Positions 27,070 through 32,000 of a stretch of DNA of 32,000 nt are shown piece by piece. The notes below the pieces were generated by a model that was given only the letters and a program-made list of their open reading frames with translations, had not been told where the DNA came from and did not search any database. A program made the translations under genes and the position numbers. Each line of letters begins with the position of its first letter. Position 1 is the first letter of the stretch. Location of the stretch: contig NZ_CP011304.1 in the NCBI RefSeq assembly GCF_000981785.2, forward strand, positions 450,001 through 482,000, in the 5' to 3' direction. The DNA is from Microcystis aeruginosa NIES-2549. Lineage in GTDB: Bacteria > Cyanobacteriota > Cyanobacteriia > Cyanobacteriales > Microcystaceae.

Positions 27070-28260
27070 CTAAACTCTTTCAATTGCGATCGCTGTTCCG
27101 CCACCGGTCCCATGACAGATGGCCCCCATACCGAGGGTTTTATCCTGTACTTTCAACGCATTAATTAACGTCACCAGAATCCGCGCTCCGGAAGCGCCGA
27201 TGGGATGACCCAAGGCGATCGCACCACCGTGAACGTTTTGTTTTTCCCTCGCTAACCCCAGATCCATCTCAAAAAGCAGATTATTTAAGGCAAAAGCTTC
27301 GTTATTTTCCACTAAATCGAAATCTTCGATCGTTTTATCTAGAGATGCCAGTAATTTTTTCACCGCGAGGACGGGGAATTCTGGGAAGCGATCGGTTTTT
27401 CCAGCACCCACAGCGCCGCCAAGGATTTTGGCAATTGGTTTTAAACCGTACTGATCCACAGCTTTTTGACTGGCTAAAAGGATAGCGGCAGCCCCATCGG
27501 AAATCTGACTACTATTGCCTGCGGTTAAAACTCCCGACGGATTAAAAGCCGGCCGCAGTTTTCCTAAACCTTCCGGGGTACTATCGGAACGAATACCCTC
27601 ATCTTGAGCGATAATTGTGGAACCTTTCTTAGATTTAAGCTCAATTGGCACGATTTCACCATTAAACCAGCCTTTTTCTGTGGCTGTGGCCGCTCTTTGG
27701 TGGGATAAGGCGGCAATTTCGTCTAATGCTTGCCGAGAAACCCCGCGATCGAGACAGAGGCGATCGACTTGGGAACCCATGCCCTCGGCCGTGGTAGCAT
27801 CGGTTAAGCCATCGTGCAGTAATAGGTCGGTTAATTGTTCTGGCGCACCCATGAGGAATTTATAACCCCACCGGGCCCGATGGGAGAGAAAAAAGCCGGT
27901 TTGGGACATGGATTCGATGCCACCGGCGAGGATGAGATCCGCTTCTCCAGCGCGAATTGAGGTGGCAGCGTTACTAACGGCAATCATTCCCGAAGAACAA
28001 ACCATATCTACCCGATATCCGTCCACGCTTACGGGAATTCCCGCTTTAATCGCCGCTTGCCGGGGAATTAACTGACCATGACCCGATCCCAAAACATTGC
28101 CGAAAATGTACAAATCTAGGGCTTCTGGAGGCAAATTAGCGATTTCTAGGGCGGATTTCATCACTGTTGCCCCTAAATCGGCCGGGGATAATCCCATTAA
28201 TCCCCCACCAAAACGACCAATTGGAGTCCGGACAGCGGCCACGATATAAACTTCTTGCAT
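27070..28260 (-). CDS. phaA: Acetyl-CoA acetyltransferase (beta-ketothiolase)
   Basis: Thiolase motifs VCSSGM (active Cys), GHPIGASGAR and CHGTGGG. The likely start is ATG 28260 (MQEVYIVAAVRTPIGRFGG), not the upstream alternative start at 28332. Confidence 0.88.
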   Translation of the reverse strand: MQEVYIVAAVRTPIGRFGGGLMGLSPADLGATVMKSALEIANLPPEALDLYIFGNVLGSGHGQLIPRQAAIKAGIPVSVDGYRVDMVCSSGMIAVSNAATSIRAGEADLILAGGIESMSQTGFFLSHRARWGYKFLMGAPEQLTDLLLHDGLTDATTAEGMGSQVDRLCLDRGVSRQALDEIAALSHQRAATATEKGWFNGEIVPIELKSKKGSTIIAQDEGIRSDSTPEGLGKLRPAFNPSGVLTAGNSSQISDGAAAILLASQKAVDQYGLKPIAKILGGAVGAGKTDRFPEFPVLAVKKLLASLDKTIEDFDLVENNEAFALNNLLFEMDLGLAREKQNVHGGAIALGHPIGASGARILVTLINALKVQDKTLGMGAICHGTGGGTAIAIERV

Positions 28261-28479
28261 AGACTTCTCTCTATTGGGAAGCGAAGATACTAGATAGAAT
28301 TTGCTTAAGAATATCGAGTCCGAAAAGATCAAAATCCCAATTTACTGTCATTGGTTAAAAGTTCCTGGCCTCGATGCCTTGAGTTTTTGTCTATCTACCC
28401 TCGATCTTGCAACAGAATTTCTGTGTCAGAACATATATTCATTAGAATTTAACTTTTCCGGCAGCAATCCCCTTTTTTT

Positions 28480-29610
28480 ATGGATTTAGTCAAGCGCCTA
28501 GTTTTTATCGGTGGTGGCCATAGTCATGCGATCGCCCTTCGTCTTTGGGGGCAATCACCCCTCAAAAACGTTCAATTAACTTTAATTAGCGATGTCACCC
28601 ATACCCCCTATTCGGGAATGTTACCCGGCCACATCGCTGGTTTTTATGATTTTGCCGAGACTCATATCGATTTACCTTCTCTAGCTAGGTATTCTCAAGC
28701 GCAATTCTGTTTAGCTAAAGCCGCTAACATAGATATAAAAAAATGTCAAGTAATTTGTAATGATTCTTCACCGATTCCCTTTGATTATCTCTCGATCGAT
28801 ATCGGCAGCATCCCGGCAGTGGATAATGTTATCGGTGCTAAAGAATACGCTATTCCCGCCAAACCCGTGCCGATTTTTCGGGAAGGATGGCAAGAAATCC
28901 TGAAAAAAGCGGTTAGTAACCCCAATAATACTCTAAATATCGTCATTGTTGGTGGTGGCGCGGGCGGGGTCGAATTAGCTTTAAATATGCAGTCCCGTTT
29001 GGCCAAAATTCTCAACTCTAGCGGTAATTTGAATTTGTCTCTAATTCATCGAGGAAAAAAACTACTACCGAACCATAATAATTGGGTCGGTCAACGTTTG
29101 GAGAATATTTTTAAACAAAGGGGAATTAGATTATATTTATCAACGGATGTGACGGCAGTGCAAGCAGATCGGATTATCTGTTCATCGGGGTTAGTTTTGC
29201 CCATGGATTATACAATTTGGGTAACGACTGCCTCGGCCCCTAGTTGGATTAAAGCGTCAGGATTACTGACAGATGAAAAAGGGTTTATTTTAGTGAATAA
29301 TTATCTGCAATCTCTTTCCCATCCCCATATTTTTGCCGTGGGAGATATTGCCACGATTCCAGATTATCCCCGTCCGAAAGCGGGAGTTTTTGCCGTCCGA
29401 CAGGGAAAACCCCTATTCGATAATTTAGTCAGAATTCTGCAAAATCAGCCACTAAAACCCTATTTTCCCCAGAAAAATTATCTGAGTTTAATCGGGACAG
29501 GAGACCAACAAGCGATCGCATCTTGGGGCGGTTTCGGGTGGCAATCACCGTTATTATGGTTATGGAAAGATCGGATCGATCGAGCTTTTATGAAACAGTT
29601 TAAGCTGTAA
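28480..29610 (+). CDS. FAD-dependent pyridine nucleotide-disulfide oxidoreductase (NDH-2-like)
   Basis: Two dinucleotide-binding motifs (LVFIGGGHSHA, IVIVGGGAGGVELA) and FAVGDIA. Confidence 0.75.
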   Translation: MDLVKRLVFIGGGHSHAIALRLWGQSPLKNVQLTLISDVTHTPYSGMLPGHIAGFYDFAETHIDLPSLARYSQAQFCLAKAANIDIKKCQVICNDSSPIPFDYLSIDIGSIPAVDNVIGAKEYAIPAKPVPIFREGWQEILKKAVSNPNNTLNIVIVGGGAGGVELALNMQSRLAKILNSSGNLNLSLIHRGKKLLPNHNNWVGQRLENIFKQRGIRLYLSTDVTAVQADRIICSSGLVLPMDYTIWVTTASAPSWIKASGLLTDEKGFILVNNYLQSLSHPHIFAVGDIATIPDYPRPKAGVFAVRQGKPLFDNLVRILQNQPLKPYFPQKNYLSLIGTGDQQAIASWGGFGWQSPLLWLWKDRIDRAFMKQFKL

Positions 29611-29645
29611 TCAATAAGTAGGTAGGTGTTAAAAATTATCAGACA

Positions 29646-29664
29646 CCCCCCTTGTCAAGGGGGG
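29646..29664 (+). terminator. G/C hairpin downstream of the oxidoreductase gene (CCCCCCTT-gtc-AAGGGGGG)
   Basis: 8-bp stem located 36 nt after the stop. No U-tract follows. Confidence 0.4.
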
Positions 29665-29849
29665 ATTAAGGGGGGATCAGAGGCAAAATTGCTGATTATC
29701 GTCCAATAGCACCGAGTTACTGTCAAGGTCGTTGGGAGTAAAATCTGATTTGGGAATCCCACAACCTGATAAAGTAAAAATCGTCCCGATAGCTTGACTG
29801 GTTATCGGGAGAGAACGTCAATAGTTTGTTAAATAGTACATATAAACCA

Positions 29850-30290
29850 ATGCCACGTCTTCGCTCGATTATTTCCCTAGTTTTAGTCCTAGTTACTACG
29901 CTGCTGGTTAGTTGCAGTGGTCCCCAAGCAACTATCCCCACCGTCTATAGTCCGCAAAAAATCGAACAGTTACAGGTTTACATCCAACCCATAGAAGGAT
30001 TTCGCGAAAAAATGAGCGTTTTGCAAGACCTCATCGCTGACAAAAATTGGGTAGATACTCGCACCTATATCCACGGTCCTTTGGGGCAATTGCGTCAGGA
30101 AATGGTAGGATTATCGCGTAATTTACTGCCCAAAGACCAAGAAAAAGCCAAGCAGTTAGCGAAAAATCTTTTCGTTCACTTTGAACGTATCGATGCGGCA
30201 GCCAAAGAAAAAGATGCTAGTCTCGCTGCTAATCAATTCCAAGAAGCATTAAAAGACTTCGATGCTTTCTTAAATATTGTTCCTAGTTAG
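29850..30290 (+). CDS. psbQ: Photosystem II lipoprotein CyanoQ (PsbQ)
   Basis: Lipobox LLVSCSG and a ~145-aa helical protein matching cyanobacterial PsbQ (WVDTRTYIHGPLGQLRQEM). The ATG at 29850 is preferred over the TTG at 29826. Confidence 0.85.
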   Translation: MPRLRSIISLVLVLVTTLLVSCSGPQATIPTVYSPQKIEQLQVYIQPIEGFREKMSVLQDLIADKNWVDTRTYIHGPLGQLRQEMVGLSRNLLPKDQEKAKQLAKNLFVHFERIDAAAKEKDASLAANQFQEALKDFDAFLNIVPS

Positions 30291-30298
30291 TTTGTATT

Positions 30299-30329
30299 AG
30301 TGATCACTGATCAATTATCAGTGATCACT
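30299..30329. terminator. Perfect 13-bp hairpin between convergent psbQ and the ferredoxin gene
   Basis: AGTGATCACTGAT-caatt-ATCAGTGATCACT. The arms are built from CAGTGAT-type heptamer units in inverted orientation. Confidence 0.5.
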
Positions 30330-30360
30330 GACCAGGCCGCAGCTAAAAAACCGATAAAGG

Positions 30361-30660
30361 CTATTTTGGTTTAGTTTGGACGCTAATAGGGCCATTAACC
30401 ATGGTTTGACAGGCTAAACGATAATTTTCGGGTTTTTTCTTCAGACAGCGCTGTTCAAAGTCGGTTTTAGCCGAGAGATTTTCCATCCCCTCGACAATTG
30501 CCACTATACAAGTACCACACTGACCGTAACCGCCACAATTCATCAATTTACCGCCAAAAGTGTAGATATCAACGCCATTCTGGATTGCTTTCTCTCGTAA
30601 ATTCGCTCCATCTGCCGCTACCACGATCTTATTCTCTTTGACGAAGTTGATGTTACCCAT
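30361..30660 (-). CDS. 2Fe-2S ferredoxin-like protein
   Basis: 99 aa with Cys pattern [10 protein letters not shown] (CX5CX2C) and a distal Cys in LACQT. Confidence 0.8.
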   Translation of the reverse strand: MGNINFVKENKIVVAADGANLREKAIQNGVDIYTFGGKLMNCGGYGQCGTCIVAIVEGMENLSAKTDFEQRCLKKKPENYRLACQTMVNGPISVQTKPK

Positions 30661-30703
30661 GACTGTGTTACCCTAAATTTTTGCAAATTAATATTAAAAA
30701 ATA

Positions 30704-31963
30704 TTAAATTTTTTTGATTGTAACATTTTTGGCTCGCTCTTCTAAATATTCGGCGATGCCAATAGCGATCGCTTTTTTGCCGATAAATTTCCTCAATGCC
30801 GCTTTTGTGACCAAATAAGCCACCTGTTCCCCTTGATCGCCCTTTTCCTCACCCCTATTAGCAATGACAGCCTGATAGCCCTTTTCTAGGCGTTTACGGG
30901 CGATTTCCAGCAACTCCTCCTGACTAACTCCCTCCTGATACTTGAAAGTCACCATCTCTAAATCGGGAAAATTTTCTCTCACCTTGTCAATCACTTTTTC
31001 CGTCGGCACAAAATTAAGATTTAACTGCCCTCCACTGGGAATCTTACCATAAAAAGGGTTTTCTAAGCGATAATCGGCCACTGCCGCCGAGAAAATGCCA
31101 AATTTATAATCTTTACTCTCTAATTCTCCCATCACCTTCCCTAGATACTCGTCATAAGTTTCAATAATTTCATGGGGTAAATAAGCGGGGGGTGTATAGC
31201 TGCCGCGTCCGTGGATTAACTGCACCTTGGCCCCGCGCAGGTATAATTCTTCTGCAATAGCGGCCCCTAATTGTCCAGTAAAACGATTGGTTAAACGACG
31301 GATATTATCGATAATCACGGGTGTGGGTCCACCAGTGACTAAAATCGGCATATTTTTCAGGACAGAATTACTGAGAATCCCACAGGCTGCCACGGTAATC
31401 TCTTTTTCCCCGGGGAGATTGTGTTTACCGTAATCATCCCGGGGTGGCATAATCTGAACTCCCCAGCGATCGAGAGTTTGCAAAGATTCGCTCAGAATAG
31501 CATTATGTAAACTGCCGTGCATGGTGGGGACAAGCAGAATTTTAGTTTTTCCCTTTTCCTGTCGTCCCAAGGCCGAGGCCAAGCATGAAGTGATCACTCC
31601 GTCAGCGATTCCGTAACGAAACTTATTAATCGTGTTATAGGTAGCGGGAGCGACTAAATAAAGATCAAAGGGAGATTGATCGCTTAAATGTTCTGCTTTT
31701 GCCGTTAATTGGCTAATTACGGGATTAACCGTACTCCATTCCAAAGCTTCCTTAGTGACGTATCTTAAAGCTTCTTCCGAGACAAAAGCCACGACTGTGG
31801 CCCCGAATTTCCGCAAAGATCGGGCAATTAGCGGCGCTTTCATGGCCGCAATCCCTCCCGTTACCAGTAAAGCAATCCGTTTACCCCAGAGATGATGATT
31901 TTCTAAGGGTACTTCGCGATCGCCTAAGGGCGAATCCGTGGGAGAGGAGAAATTCCAAGTCAT
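30704..31963 (-). CDS. coaBC: Bifunctional phosphopantothenoylcysteine decarboxylase / phosphopantothenate-cysteine ligase
   Basis: N-terminal flavoprotein domain (IALLVTGGIAAMKAP) and a C-terminal DFP/CoaB domain (ILVTGGPTPVIID, FSAAVADY). Confidence 0.88.
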   Translation of the reverse strand: MTWNFSSPTDSPLGDREVPLENHHLWGKRIALLVTGGIAAMKAPLIARSLRKFGATVVAFVSEEALRYVTKEALEWSTVNPVISQLTAKAEHLSDQSPFDLYLVAPATYNTINKFRYGIADGVITSCLASALGRQEKGKTKILLVPTMHGSLHNAILSESLQTLDRWGVQIMPPRDDYGKHNLPGEKEITVAACGILSNSVLKNMPILVTGGPTPVIIDNIRRLTNRFTGQLGAAIAEELYLRGAKVQLIHGRGSYTPPAYLPHEIIETYDEYLGKVMGELESKDYKFGIFSAAVADYRLENPFYGKIPSGGQLNLNFVPTEKVIDKVRENFPDLEMVTFKYQEGVSQEELLEIARKRLEKGYQAVIANRGEEKGDQGEQVAYLVTKAALRKFIGKKAIAIGIAEYLEERAKNVTIKKI

Positions 31964-31969
31964 AAATTT

Positions 31970-32000
31970 GGGGAAATGGGGAAATGGGGGAATGGGGGAA
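31970..32000 (+). repeat. Octamer tandem array (GGGGAAAT-like) running off the window edge
   Basis: Reads GGGGAAAT GGGGAAAT GGGGGAAT GGGGGAA. Confidence 0.8.

Noticed and set aside
29723-29941. 72-aa minus-strand ORF overlapping the psbQ start
   Set aside because: It lies antisense to the cyanoQ signal-peptide region and the upstream spacer, and has no supporting features.
30361-30660. Atypical Cys spacing (CX5CX2C) in the 99-aa ferredoxin as a novelty
   Set aside because: CX5CX2C with a distal fourth Cys is the normal adrenodoxin-type 2Fe-2S pattern, so it is not unusual.

Overview
This is a 32-kb chromosomal window from a cyanobacterium. The octamer GCGATCGC (HIP1) occurs at least 15 times by eye, against about 0.5 expected by chance. 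Photosynthesis-linked genes are present (chlP, cyanoQ/psbQ, ctp). Short tandem heptamer arrays of the CAGTNAT / GATAACT family sit in nearly every intergenic spacer. The repeat style and a contiguous phaA-phaB-phaE-phaC cluster suggest a Microcystis-like unicellular genome; this is inference, not verified. About 27 protein genes are credible and most are housekeeping: mlaE-like permease, DUF512 protein, ftsH, TPR protein, pepA, an aldo/keto reductase with Fe-S domain, class II fba, ctp protease, an amino-acid ABC binding protein, ftsW, isoaspartyl peptidase/asparaginase, chlP, the PHB genes, an FAD oxidoreductase, cyanoQ, a 2Fe-2S ferredoxin and coaBC. Accessory content: (i) the 3' part of a type I R-M hsdR at the left edge; (ii) an IS605-family element with intact tnpB, an N-terminally deleted tnpA remnant and both subterminal hairpins; (iii) a two-repeat CRISPR-type mini-array with no cas genes in the window and a palindromic spacer; (iv) a BrnT/BrnA toxin-antitoxin cassette inside the PHB cluster, bracketed by heptamer arrays; (v) several MITE-like inverted-repeat units and REP-like palindromes. 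I found no multi-gene cassette I can defend as a new system. The least explained loci are the mini-array (5948-6066), the gene-free convergent spacer (18544-19116) and the repeat nest at 21500-21880. No tRNA or rRNA genes were seen.
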